Positions 24,017-36,188 of a stretch of 41,090 nt of DNA are shown here, in pieces. Position numbers and translations under genes: made by a program. Every line of letters begins with the position of its first letter. The stretch's first letter is position 1. The notes beneath the pieces are model-generated. The model was not told the origin of the DNA. It searched no databases and worked only from the letters and a program-made list of their open reading frames with translations. Source of the stretch: Octopus sinensis (Eukaryota); the NCBI RefSeq assembly GCF_006345805.1, contig NW_021835847.1, forward strand, positions 1 to 41,090. The letters run 5' to 3'.

Positions 24017-24599
24017 TGTTTTGTTTGTTCCTTCCCGAGCTATGCCTGGCTCATAAGGGCTGGTTTCCCGGTTTCCTTGGCGTATAGGTTCCCCACCTGG
24101 ACGAGACGCCGGTCCATCGCAGGTGAGCTGCAAATTGCAGGAGGAAAGAGTGAGAGAAAGTTGTGGCGAAAGAGTCAGCAGAAGTTTTGCCATTACCTTC
24201 TACTGGAGCCGCGTAAACACACACATCGCCCGGTCTGAGATTCGAACCCGTTTTTTGTTCTTTCTTGAGCTATGCAGGAGGAAAGAGTGAGAGAAAGTTG
24301 TGGCGAAAGAGTCAGCAGAAGTTTTGCCATTACCTTCTACTGGAGCCGCGTAAACACACACATCGCCCGGTCTGAGATTCGAACCCGTTTTTTGTTCTTT
24401 CTTGAGCTATGCAGGAGGAAAGAGTGAGAGAAAGTTGTGGCGAAAGAGTCAGCAGAAGTTCGCCATTACCTTCTGCCGGAGTCGCGTGGAGCTTAGGTGT
24501 TTTGCTCATAAACACACACATCGTCCGGTCTGAGATTCGAACCCGCGATCCCTCGACCGCGAGTCCGCTGCTCTAACCACTGGGCCATGTGCCTCCACT
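24017..24599 (-). mobile_element. Composite SINE type C with tail T2 and internal 137-bp repeats
   Basis: 12-bp TSD GTCTACATCATT at 24005-24016 and 24600-24611; identical units at 24137-24273 and 24274-24410. Confidence 0.9.
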
Positions 24600-24931
24600 G
24601 TCTACATCATTGGATGGAAACGAAGTCGCACTTGTAACATCAGTTTTCTTTCTCCTAGGGAGATGCCTAAACAATAACTCGGAGTTCTCTCACTCCTAGC
24701 CATTGGATGACCGTTGAATCTACAGAGTCCATCTGTCCTTGTATAGAATGAAAGCATGTGTCAGGGTGGGTGGTAAGCTTTCTGAACCACTGCTGCAAGA
24801 GGCACCCATAGTTACCACACCTGTGCGATAGAGTGTTGGTCCCTAGCAGGACCGAAAGGGCCAATCTTCACTGCTCAACCTTAAAAGAACGATGAAGCAA
24901 TAGCAGTGTTCGAAATCGAATTGACGCCATC

Positions 24932-25097
24932 ACGCGTGTGTGTGTGTGTGTGTGTATGTGTTTTGTGTGCGTATGTGGGCGTGTGCGCGCGCTCGTGTGT
25001 GTATTTATGTATGTCTACACACATACATGCATGTATGTATGTACGTAAGTATGTATGTATGTACGTACGTATGTATGTATGTATGTATGTATGTATG

Positions 25098-25128
<31 letters not shown>

Positions 25129-25415
25129 GTGTGTTTGTATGTATGTATGTACGTATGTATGTATGTATGTATGTATGTACGTACGTATGTATGTATGTAT
25201 GTATGTATGTATGTATGTATGTATGTATGTACGTATGTATGTATGTATGTATGTATGTATGTAGTATGTATGTATGTATGTATGTATGTATGTATGTATG
25301 TACGTACGTACTACGTATGTATGTATGTATGTATGTATGTATGTATGTATGTATGTACGTACGTATGTATGTATGTATGTATGTATGTATGTATGTATGT
25401 ACGTATGTATGTATG

Positions 25416-25446
<31 letters not shown>

Positions 25447-26210
25447 GTGTGTGTGTATGTATGTATGTATGTATGTATGTATGTATGTATGTATGCATGT
25501 ATGTATGTACGTATGTATGTATGTATGTATGTATGTATGTATGTATGTATGTATGTATGTATGTATGTACGTATGTATGTATGTATGTATGTACGTATGT
25601 ATGTATGTACGTACGTACGTATGTATGTATGTATGTATGTAAGTGTGTTTGTATGTATGTATGTACGTACGTATGTATGTATGTATGTAGGTACGTATGT
25701 ATGTATGTTGTACGTACGTATGGATGTAGTATGTATGTATGTAAGTGGTTGTATGTACGTATGTAGTAGGTATGTATGTATGTATGTATGTACGTACGTA
25801 TGTATGTATGTATGTTTGTATGTATGTATGTAAGTGTGTTTGTATGTATGTATGTACGTATGTATGTATTTATGTATGTACGTATGTATGTATGTATGTA
25901 TGTATGTATGTTTGTATGTACGTATGTATGTATGTATGTATGTATGTATGTATGTATGTATGTATGTATGTTTGTATGTACGTATGTATGTACGTATGTA
26001 TGTATGTATGTATGTTTGTATGTACGTATGTTTGTATTTATGTATGTATGTATGTATATATGTATGTATGTTTGTATGTATGTATGTATGTATGTATGTA
26101 CGTATGTATGTATGTATGTATGTATGTACGTATGTATGTATGTATGTATATATGTATGTATGTTTGTATGTATGTATGTATGTACGTATGTATGTATGTA
26201 TGTATGTATG

Positions 26211-26241
<31 letters not shown>

Positions 26242-26325
26242 GTGTGTTTGTATGTATGTATGTACGTATGTATGTACGTATGTATGCATGCATGCATCTA
26301 TGTATGCATGTATGTATGTATGTCT
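24932..26325. repeat. Very long (ATGT)n/(ACGT) tetranucleotide array
   Basis: ~1.3 kb; source of the 300-470 aa spurious ORFs. Confidence 0.98.
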
Positions 26326-27212
26326 CTTTACAGCGGGTTTCCGCAGAATTTACGCAATGATTGACCCGCGGCTATAACCGAAGACACCTGTCTAAGGTGC
26401 CAAACAGTTTAAACCGAATCGGAAAGCACGTGGTTGCGAAGTAAACTTCTTCACCACATAACCATGAACACGAATTATATGTAAAGTAATTTCCGTCTTT
26501 TTCTCTGAATATGAGGCTGTATCACAAAGTAATGAATCAATACTGAATTAAAGTAGATTATTATGGGAAATAACATAGAAAAATTCAATTTTTCAATTAT
26601 TATAAGTGGTTCGTGAAGTGTTGAAATTGTGGCCAAACACTCACTGGTGTCTCACATTGCTGGCGCTACATAGCTAAGACTATTTTTAATTGAGCTTATC
26701 GATTTAGTTGTAGATAAATGAATTCTCAAAGTTTCTCTTTGTATTTGCCTGATCAGAAATGAAAGCTCTCGCAACAATCTGCTGTCTTCTAAATATATTT
26801 TTCGTGCGTAGTATTCCAGCTTCAATCAAGTCAAACTGAGAATTCCAATTGTCTTTCAAGATGGTTTTACTGCTTTGGTGAACAACTATAATGCTTAACC
26901 TAAAACAATTCTGTATGTCTCTTCCTACTGGAAACAGGAAAGTAGAAGATCTTTGTGGAACTTGATGCAGAACAATGATGACTACACTTCACTCACAAAA
27001 GACATTACAACAACTATGAAGTAACAATTTGGACAAAATGGTTCCTTACAACCAGATACCTCCAATCATTACATTTAACCGGGTGTCTCAGGACTTACAT
27101 CGCTGCTCATCAACGAGACAGACTTTACCTGGATGGCTTTCAGAAACCGGATAAGTTTTCTAAGATGGTTTAATCCTAACTACTCATCCCAGTATTTCTA
27201 TCAGATAACCTG

Positions 27213-27598
27213 TTTCTTTACTATCCACAAGGGGATAAACACAGAGGGGACAAACAAGGACAGACATAGGTATTAAGTCGATTATATCGACCCCAGTGCA
27301 TAACTGGTACTTATTTAATCGACCCCGGCGGAATTTGAACTCAGAACGTAGCGGCAGACGAAATACCTATTTCTTTACTACCCACAAGAGGCTAAACACA
27401 GACAGGACAAACGAGGACAGACAAACGGATTAAGTCGATTACATCGACCCCAGTACGTAACTGGTACTTATTTAATCGACCCCGAGATGATGAAAGGCAA
27501 AGTCGACCTCGGTGTAATTTGAACTCAGAACGTAGCGGCAGACGATATTCTGCTAAGCATTTTGCCCGGCGTGCTAACGATTCTGCCAGCTCGCCGCC
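27213..27598 (-). mobile_element. SINE type A dimer with 18-bp TSD
   Basis: TSD TTTCTATCAGATAACCTG at 27195-27212 and 27601-27618; junction at 27364; the left unit carries a 27-bp deletion between TCGACC repeats. Confidence 0.93.
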
Positions 27599-28193
27599 TT
27601 TTTCTATCAGATAACCTGATGGTCGAATTGGCATGGTCTCTAAAAAAAATATAACCAATCTAGAATATCGACCTATGCGGGAAACTAATCGAACCAGGCT
27701 TCTGTTGGTGATTGTCTTGCTGATGGATTGTTAATGACTGATCCGAAAAAAGTCTGGATTCGTTGATCGATGTTTTACCGAGTATTGCCACACGGACATT
27801 CTTGCATCTATGGCTCAATGAGTATATGAGAGGTATAAGTTCGGTGTTGATCCTGTTATTGAAAAGGTGATTGCAGCACCATCACTCGAAATTCCCCATT
27901 CTTGAACAAGGATGCGGGAAACATTAGAAATTTAAACTTCGTTGATTGCTTTGAATTGTATTTTCCGGGCTGGATACATTAAAGTATACGTTAGATAAAC
28001 GTTGCCAGCGTCAAATATTTATAATAAATATGGACGTGTATACTTGTGCTTCGTATACTGAAGATCAATGTATTAGGTCAATAAAATTATTGATTCTCGG
28101 CTGATAATCCTCTTTATAACGTTTAGTAATTCATTTTGAATGCCAATCATACGCATATATTAATCTCTATTTTACCTGTTGATCACACTTGAT

Positions 28194-28413
28194 ACTCTCT
28201 CTTTACTCTTTTACTTGTTTCAGTCAGTTGACTGCGGCCATGCTGGAGCACCGCCTTTTAGTCGAGCAAATCGACCCCAGGACTTATTCTTTGTAAGCCT
28301 AGTACTTATTCTATCGGTCTCTTTTGCCGAACCTCTACGTAACGGGGACGTAGACACACCAGCATCGGTTGTCAAGTGATGTTGGGGGACAAACACAGAC
28401 ACACAACACATAT

Positions 28414-28452
<39 letters not shown>

Positions 28453-28623
28453 CATATATACGACGGGCTTCTTTCAGTTTCCGTCTACCAAATCCACTCA
28501 CAAGGCTTTGGTTGGCCCGAGGCTATAGCAGAAGACACTTGCCCAAGGTCCCACGCAGTGGGACGGAACTCGGAACCATGTGGTTTGTAAGCAAGCTACT
28601 TACCACAGAGCCACTCCTACGCC
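28194..28623 (-). mobile_element. SINE type B, full length
   Basis: Family match. Confidence 0.92.
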
Positions 28624-28801
28624 TCATCTTTTATTTCGTTTTTTTTTTTAAGTTACCGGACTACCGATTTACAAATTAGTTATTTCATTAATTATCTAAA
28701 TTATTGATAATAAAACTGAAATGAAGTATAACATTTATTGGCAGTACGACTCTCCCAAAATACAAAACACAACGACTGTTTATGCTGTGCAGCGGATCGT
28801 C

Positions 28802-28959
28802 GTAAATAAGCTACAAGGTGACTGCGCTAAGTAGTGACGTGTATAAATACACACCTGTACCCAGTTCGGGTTCGAATGCGCTCAAGCCTATTTAAATGGG
28901 TAACAGGTTTGTATTTATACCCGTCACTGCTTAGCGCTGTCACCTCGCATTCTATTTAC
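28802..28959. repeat. Imperfect inverted repeat (~60-bp arms), MITE-like
   Basis: 28802-28862 vs 28898-28959, roughly 85% complementary. Confidence 0.8.
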
Positions 28960-29616
28960 AGCGATCTGATGATTAGCGCAACCAGTCATTAAACAATAAT
29001 GGGAACATCATAAGAGAGACTTGTCTCTCGTGTCAATTCGCAGCGTCTGTTTTTTCCAGTCTCTGCGACTGAAGAGAAGATAACCACTCCGAAATGTCTG
29101 CATCCAACAGATTCTTAGGTGAGGCTGTGAGCTGACTCGGTGTATTCGTCTACAGCGGGAAAACACGGTGAATGGCGTTCTTACGATTCGAATATGCCTC
29201 GAGCATATTTGAACTGGTAATAAGTTTGTATTTCTGCAGATCACTGCTTAGCGTATGATAAATGACAGACAAGCGGATGTTAATGGTATCCAACTGTTTA
29301 TGAAATAGTTCTGAAGAAGAAAGTATAAACATAATTAAGCGAAAGAAAAAGAAAAAAAAACAGGTAAATCAGAAAGTTCACAGTAGTTTTTCATAACTAG
29401 GTCGATAACCTCCAAGTTCATACTTTTTATCTATGGATACCTTTAATTACCATCTTATTCTGGGAGACCCCCCAGAGTCATTCGATTTTTTTAAAAAAGC
29501 TTTAAGTTTTATAGATACTTCTTTAATAATTCTTATCTTGTTTTTCACACTTTAACATGCGTAGGCTGACCTATGTATAACGTTAGAGAAAGGAGCGTAG
29601 TTGTTTCTTGTAATAT

Positions 29617-29836
29617 ATACCTATTTCTTTACTACCCACAAGGGGCTAAACATAGAGAGGACAAACAAGGACAGACAAACGGATTAAGTCGATTACATCG
29701 ACTCCAGTGCGTAACTGGTACTTAATTTATCGACCCCGAAAGAATGAAAGGCAAAGTCGACCTCGGCGGAATTTGAACTCAGAACGTAACGGCAGACGAA
29801 ATACGGCTACGCACTTCACCCGGCGTGCTAACGTTT
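29617..29836 (-). mobile_element. SINE type A monomer
   Basis: Family match. Confidence 0.92.
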
Positions 29837-29869
29837 TTGATACCACTCCACACATCTAAAGCAAAATTT

Positions 29870-29987
29870 TAAGTAGCCCTTAAAATGCTGTTGTGGATTC
29901 CCTTTAATTTACTATTTTGTTGCGTGGATCCCCAAAAATATTTTATGGATTCCTAGGTGCTATATGAACCCGGGTTGAGAATCACTA
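29870..29987. mobile_element. Possible hAT-family MITE end
   Basis: Ends GGTTGAGAATCACTA, resembling the reverse of the hAT TIR CAGTGGTTCTCAACC. A similar motif lies at 35586-35600. The partner TIR was not identified. Confidence 0.35.
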
Positions 29988-29988
29988 T

Positions 29989-30207
29989 TTGAATTCTCCT
30001 CTCTTTTATCTGTGGTGTTCTAATACCACAGATAAAAGAGAGGTGAATTCAAGAGGTCCTTCAAAAGAAATTCGTTATAGATAGGAAGGTAGACACCAGG
30101 AAAGCTCTTGTATCGGATATATACACTCTCCTGATATCTACCTACTTATCTATAAAGAATTGCTACGAAGGGATTCTCGGATTTTCCTCTTTATCATCTG
30201 TGATATT
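29989..30207. repeat. Nested inverted repeats: an old foldback (30022-30207) and a young 28-bp-stem hairpin (29989-30052)
   Basis: Young arms have one mismatch and an 8-nt loop. Old inner arms 30069-30101 and 30129-30161 extend imperfectly outwards. Confidence 0.85.
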
Positions 30208-30606
30208 GCAGCATGGACATTCAGGTTATACACCTATCTATAAAAAAATTACCATGAGCACTAGCTTTCATCTATATCAACATTATATAAATGCTTTGAT
30301 GTCATTAACAACCTCCTGTAAATCTTTTATTAGCTTCAGTGTTGTATCGCCTGCAGCCAACTCTTGTTTGCATGGATTCCGCCTCACTTCGTTCGACATT
30401 GGAATTTAGGTATCTCGTCTGATCTGAGCTCGAACCGTTTGTATCTGTTATTCGCCCTTTTCACGTACTCTTAACCATTACACCGAAACACTCATGCACA
30501 CAAACACACACACACATACATATATATATATGTACACACACACATATATATCTATGTATATGTGCATATATATATTATGTATCGACATAGATATTAACCA
30601 TTCATA

Positions 30607-30654
<48 letters not shown>

Positions 30655-30655
30655 C

Positions 30656-30688
<33 letters not shown>

Positions 30689-30696
30689 ATATATAT

Positions 30697-30766
<70 letters not shown>

Positions 30767-30776
30767 CACGTGCATG

Positions 30777-30915
30777 CATGGCTGCATGGTAAGAAGTTAG
30801 CTTCTCAACCACATGATGCTGGGATCAATCCCACTCTGTGGCACCTTGTACAGGTGTCTTGTGAGTGTATTTGGTAGACGGAAACTGGAAGAAGCCAGTG
30901 TGTGTGGTGTATGTA

Positions 30916-30965
<50 letters not shown>

Positions 30966-31150
30966 TCCTCCACCACCGGCTGACAACCGATGTTTGTGTG
31001 TTTATGTTCGGCAAAAGAGAGCGATAATCGAATAAACACCATGCTAAAAATAGATAAGTACTGGCGCCGGTTCGTCCGACTAAAATTCCTAAAGGCGGTG
31101 CCCCAGCATGGCCACAATCAAATGATTGAAACAAGCAAAGGATAAAAGAT
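30777..31150 (+). mobile_element. Diverged SINE type B
   Basis: Same module order with many substitutions and deletions. Confidence 0.8.
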
Positions 31151-31154
31151 AAAT

Positions 31155-31555
31155 CACACACCACCCACACATACACACATACATACATACACACATACAT
31201 AATACATACACACATACATACATACATACATACATACACATACATACACCACACATACTACAATACATACATACATACATACATACACACATACATATAT
31301 ACTACACACATACATACAACATACATACATACATACATACATACATACATACAACACACACACATACATACATAACACAACATACATACATACATACATA
31401 CATACATACATACACACATACATATATACATACACACATACATACATACAACATACATACATAATACATACATACACCACAACACATACATACATACATA
31501 CATACATACATACAATACATACATACATACATACATACATACTACATACATAGTG
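31155..31555. repeat. (CATA)n microsatellite with many indels
   Basis: Direct reading. Confidence 0.95.
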
Positions 31556-32227
31556 GCTGCCCCCTCGTTATCGAGTATGGCCATTGCACAAAGCTTAATC
31601 AATGTTGTTATCGTGCAATGCTGTGCAAGAATATTTTTTTAAAGTGAGGAAGGCGGTGCACTGAGTCAATCCACTCACTAAGCAACAGCCAGCCATAATC
31701 CCGAAAGAAGAACAAGTCAACATCATCGGTAACCACTGAGCCGCAGGTTTTATGTCGGAGTTATCCCAGTTACCTGAGTTACCTTCTCCTAGAAGGATGC
31801 CCTAACAAAAACTAGGAGTCCTTTACTCCTAATGGTTTAATCGCGCGATCGGGTATTCAGTCCGATTATTTCTATGTCCCCGCGCATGATACAGCCTTAA
31901 GACATTTATTGGATGGCCGTTGACTCTCAAGAGTTCCTCCGCCCATACATACATAATACATACATATACATACATAATACATACATACATACATACATAC
32001 ATACATACATACATACATGGTGGTGGTGGTTGTCTACTCCTTATGCAGAATTTGACCGCCTCCTGTACCTACGCCTTAGCACCATCATGGCATCTGACTT
32101 GGCATTTTAAACCAGACAATGTTGTGAAACGTCACCCACATAGATTGCGCATCCGATTTGGACCACCAAGAGCTACAGGTAAGTTCTGCTCTTTGTAGGT
32201 CTTAAAATGTCATATATACATACATCA

Positions 32228-32268
<41 letters not shown>

Positions 32269-32312
32269 CAATAATAAATCTCTGAGCGAAGTATAAACAG
32301 TAGCTGCACGAC

Positions 32313-32753
32313 ATCCTGAAGTATAATTGCCACCTAAATGTGGCTAACCCCTAAGGGTGGATGTAGCCCTAGAAGGACACCTCCTCCAGCTGGCTATTGA
32401 CACACTTTCTGTGCCCTATCAGTATTTGCAAAATGCAATCCATCCTTCCCATCTTCAATCTGACATGATACACACGGACTCGAGTTTCTGGGTATTGACC
32501 CAAAGGGAGGCCTACATTTCATCGACAACTGTGATTGTCACACGCTGATGACGGGTCAATACTCAGAAACTCGAGTCCGTGTGTATCATGTCAGATTGAA
32601 GATGGGAAGGATGGGTTCCCTTTGCAAATATTGATAGGGCATAGAAAGTGTGTCAATAGCCAGCTGGAGGAGGTGTCCTCCTGGGGCTACAAGCTACAGT
32701 AGCATCCACCCTTAGGGGTTAGCCACATTTAAGTGGCAAATATACTTCACGAT
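32313..32753. mobile_element. Foldback element with ~190-200-bp inverted arms; probable Penelope-like terminal-repeat derivative
   Basis: Arms 32313-32501 and 32553-32753, 51-bp spacer, 13-bp insertion in the right arm. Contains a hammerhead motif. Confidence 0.8.
32539..32583 (+). ncRNA. Type I minimal hammerhead ribozyme motif
   Basis: CACACG-CTGATGA-C GGGT CAAT ACTC A-GAAA-CTCGAG-TC-CGTGTG. All core nucleotides are present, with a 6-bp stem I, a 4-bp stem II (C-A closing mismatch), a palindromic stem III ACTCGAGT and a GUC cleavage triplet ending at 32577. Confidence 0.8.
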
Positions 32754-32841
32754 ATATATATATATACATACATGTATATACACACACACACACACACATA
32801 TATATATAATATATATAATATATATATATTATATATATTAT

Positions 32842-32878
<37 letters not shown>

Positions 32879-32890
32879 ATATATTATTAT

Positions 32891-32937
<47 letters not shown>

Positions 32938-33120
32938 TTGTGTTAAAAAAAGTCCGTTTCCTTGTTTGATTTTGTTTTCGTTTCTCGTTCTACGTTTATT
33001 TGTGGTGTCCTGTACTCATATATATATATATATATATATAATATATGCTTGTATATATACATGTAGATGTAAGTATGTACATATATGTATGTATATATAT
33101 GCATATATATTTATTTCTTT

Positions 33121-33494
33121 ACTAGCAGTATCGCCCGGCGTTGCTCAGTTTGTAAGGGAAATAACTATAAAGCATTTTAGAGAGTTATAGCCAAAAAATA
33201 GCAAAAAAATGGAAAAAAATGATGGTAAATTTTTTTTGAGAGTTAAAAAAGGTGGAGTTGCGTCCCACTAGACGGTCTGTGGTTGGGTTCTGATTCTCGA
33301 CCCCATGTCGAAATGTATCGATTTTTTTCAGAACTGGGGAACTTTTCAAATTTTCGCTGCGTTAGTTTAATTATGACATTGGGCTATGTGTGTGTCAAGT
33401 TTCATCAGAATCGGTTGAAGCCGTGGTCAGAGTGAGGGTACGAGAAAACAGACACACAGAAAACGCAGACAACTGCCGTTATATAGAGAGAGAT
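33121..33494 (+). mobile_element. HINE/DINE-1-like element, copy 2 (mosaic)
   Basis: The first ~115 bp match copy 1; 33294-33480 matches copy 3 (40484-40680). Confidence 0.75.
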
Positions 33495-33559
33495 ATTGTT
33501 ATTATATGACCGAACGCACGCGCCGTTTATCTTCGTTTCGCTTCTCCAAGTTTTTATTC

Positions 33560-33607
<48 letters not shown>

Positions 33608-33949
33608 GCATAATAATTATTATTTGAGGGAATAAAATCCAAACTTACAAGGAAAAACATTCAATTTAGAAATACTAAACCAAATTTCACACAATATATA
33701 TATATATATAAAATTAGAAAAAAACCCACCTTTATCAATCCAAAATGAACAATTAAATTAAATTACACCATCTAGAAAATTACATATAATAGAAATATTA
33801 AAATTAAAATAACAATAAAATGTCGATGATTAAGTAAATTGCATGCATAAATACATTCATAAGTACGTAAGTGTGTGTATATATTTTTATTTTCTTATAT
33901 TTGTTTATTTTTACTTCCTTAAAATCCTTTAAAATGTTTTAGCCCGAAG

Positions 33950-35262
<1,313 letters not shown>

Positions 35263-35749
35263 TCATTTTCCCACATGATCTTCCTTTTGAAGACAAGGGT
35301 TTTTATTTCTGGATTTCCGGAAGACTTGGCTTTAATTTTTAAGAAATTCCAGTGCCTACTTAGAGATTCCATCAAAATGATATCATGTTACGGTGTTGAA
35401 GTAGTTTGTTAGCCAGCTCTACTTCAAACGACTTAATGTGATCCTACCTTCAGTAACATGTATCAAGGAACATATTAAGCAGCGAGTTCTTCATTTTTAT
35501 TTCTTTTCATAAATGGCAACGTGCAAATCCACTGATATTTGGCTATTAATTCTAGTAGATAGAACCACAGGAAGACAATCTTGACCGGTGGTTCTCAATC
35601 ACGGTCCACATGATCTTTTCGAGTCCACATAAGATTTTGTTGGTAACACTTACCTGCAATAAATGGGGCATACTTCGACAATGCACAAAATGTTTCAACA
35701 GTTTCTTTTACAATCCCTAATAGTATCTGATCATAAAGATATTCTTTTA

Positions 35750-35953
35750 TTCTATTACATGTTTCAGTCATTTGACTGCGACCATGCTGGAGCACCGCCT
35801 TGGAAGGTGCTTTTAGTCGAACACATCGACCCCAGGACTTATTCTTCTCGTAGAGCTTTAGGTGTTTTCGCTCAATAAGCACACACACAACGCCCGGTCG
35901 GGGAATGAAAACCGCGATCCGCTGCCCTAAACACTGGGCCATTACGCCTCCAC
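35750..35953 (-). mobile_element. Fused fragments: SINE B tail (35750-35845) and SINE C head (35853-35953)
   Basis: Family matches with internal deletions. Confidence 0.75.
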
Positions 35954-36120
35954 AGGCTCAAATCTTACTGTCTTAAAAAGAATTTATTGGATCATGTGAC
36001 AGATTCTTCGTCGGTAGCGGCGATGCGCACTCAGTTGTGGGAACAATTAAATTCATACTCGTGAAATTAACATCCAGATGATTGAGTATTCGCGCAATTC
36101 TACGGCAGAACCGTAGATTA

Positions 36121-36188
36121 TGGATTATTGAATTATAGGCTGGTGGATTATTGAATTATAGGCTGGTGGATTATTGAATTATAGGCTG
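36121..36188 (+). repeat. 23-bp minisatellite, 3 copies
   Basis: TGGATTATTGAATTATAGGCTGG repeated with no spacers. Confidence 0.95.

Noticed and set aside
24881-26377. ORFs of 200-470 aa (HTYI/MYVC repeats)
   Set aside because: (ATGT)n lacks stop codons in most frames, so these are artefacts. The same applies to 15553-16199 and 31089-31602.
26510-27960. Second mariner relic (TIR-like TATGAGGCTGTATCACAAAGT; NPDFF and VSRILVQEWG fragments)
   Set aside because: Motifs are too short and eroded to support a call.
31155-31555. Irregular indel pattern in (CATA)n as a meaningful code
   Set aside because: More simply explained by slippage or noisy long-read consensus; similar noise occurs at 1-600, 1670-1760 and 25680-25780.
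33398-33415. Minus-strand CTGATGA (also near 40595)
   Set aside because: Directly followed by AAC with no stem II; part of the HINE motif TTTCATCAGAATCGG.
36121-36188. 23-bp direct repeats, CRISPR-like in length
   Set aside because: No spacers, no cas genes, and a eukaryotic context; this is a minisatellite.
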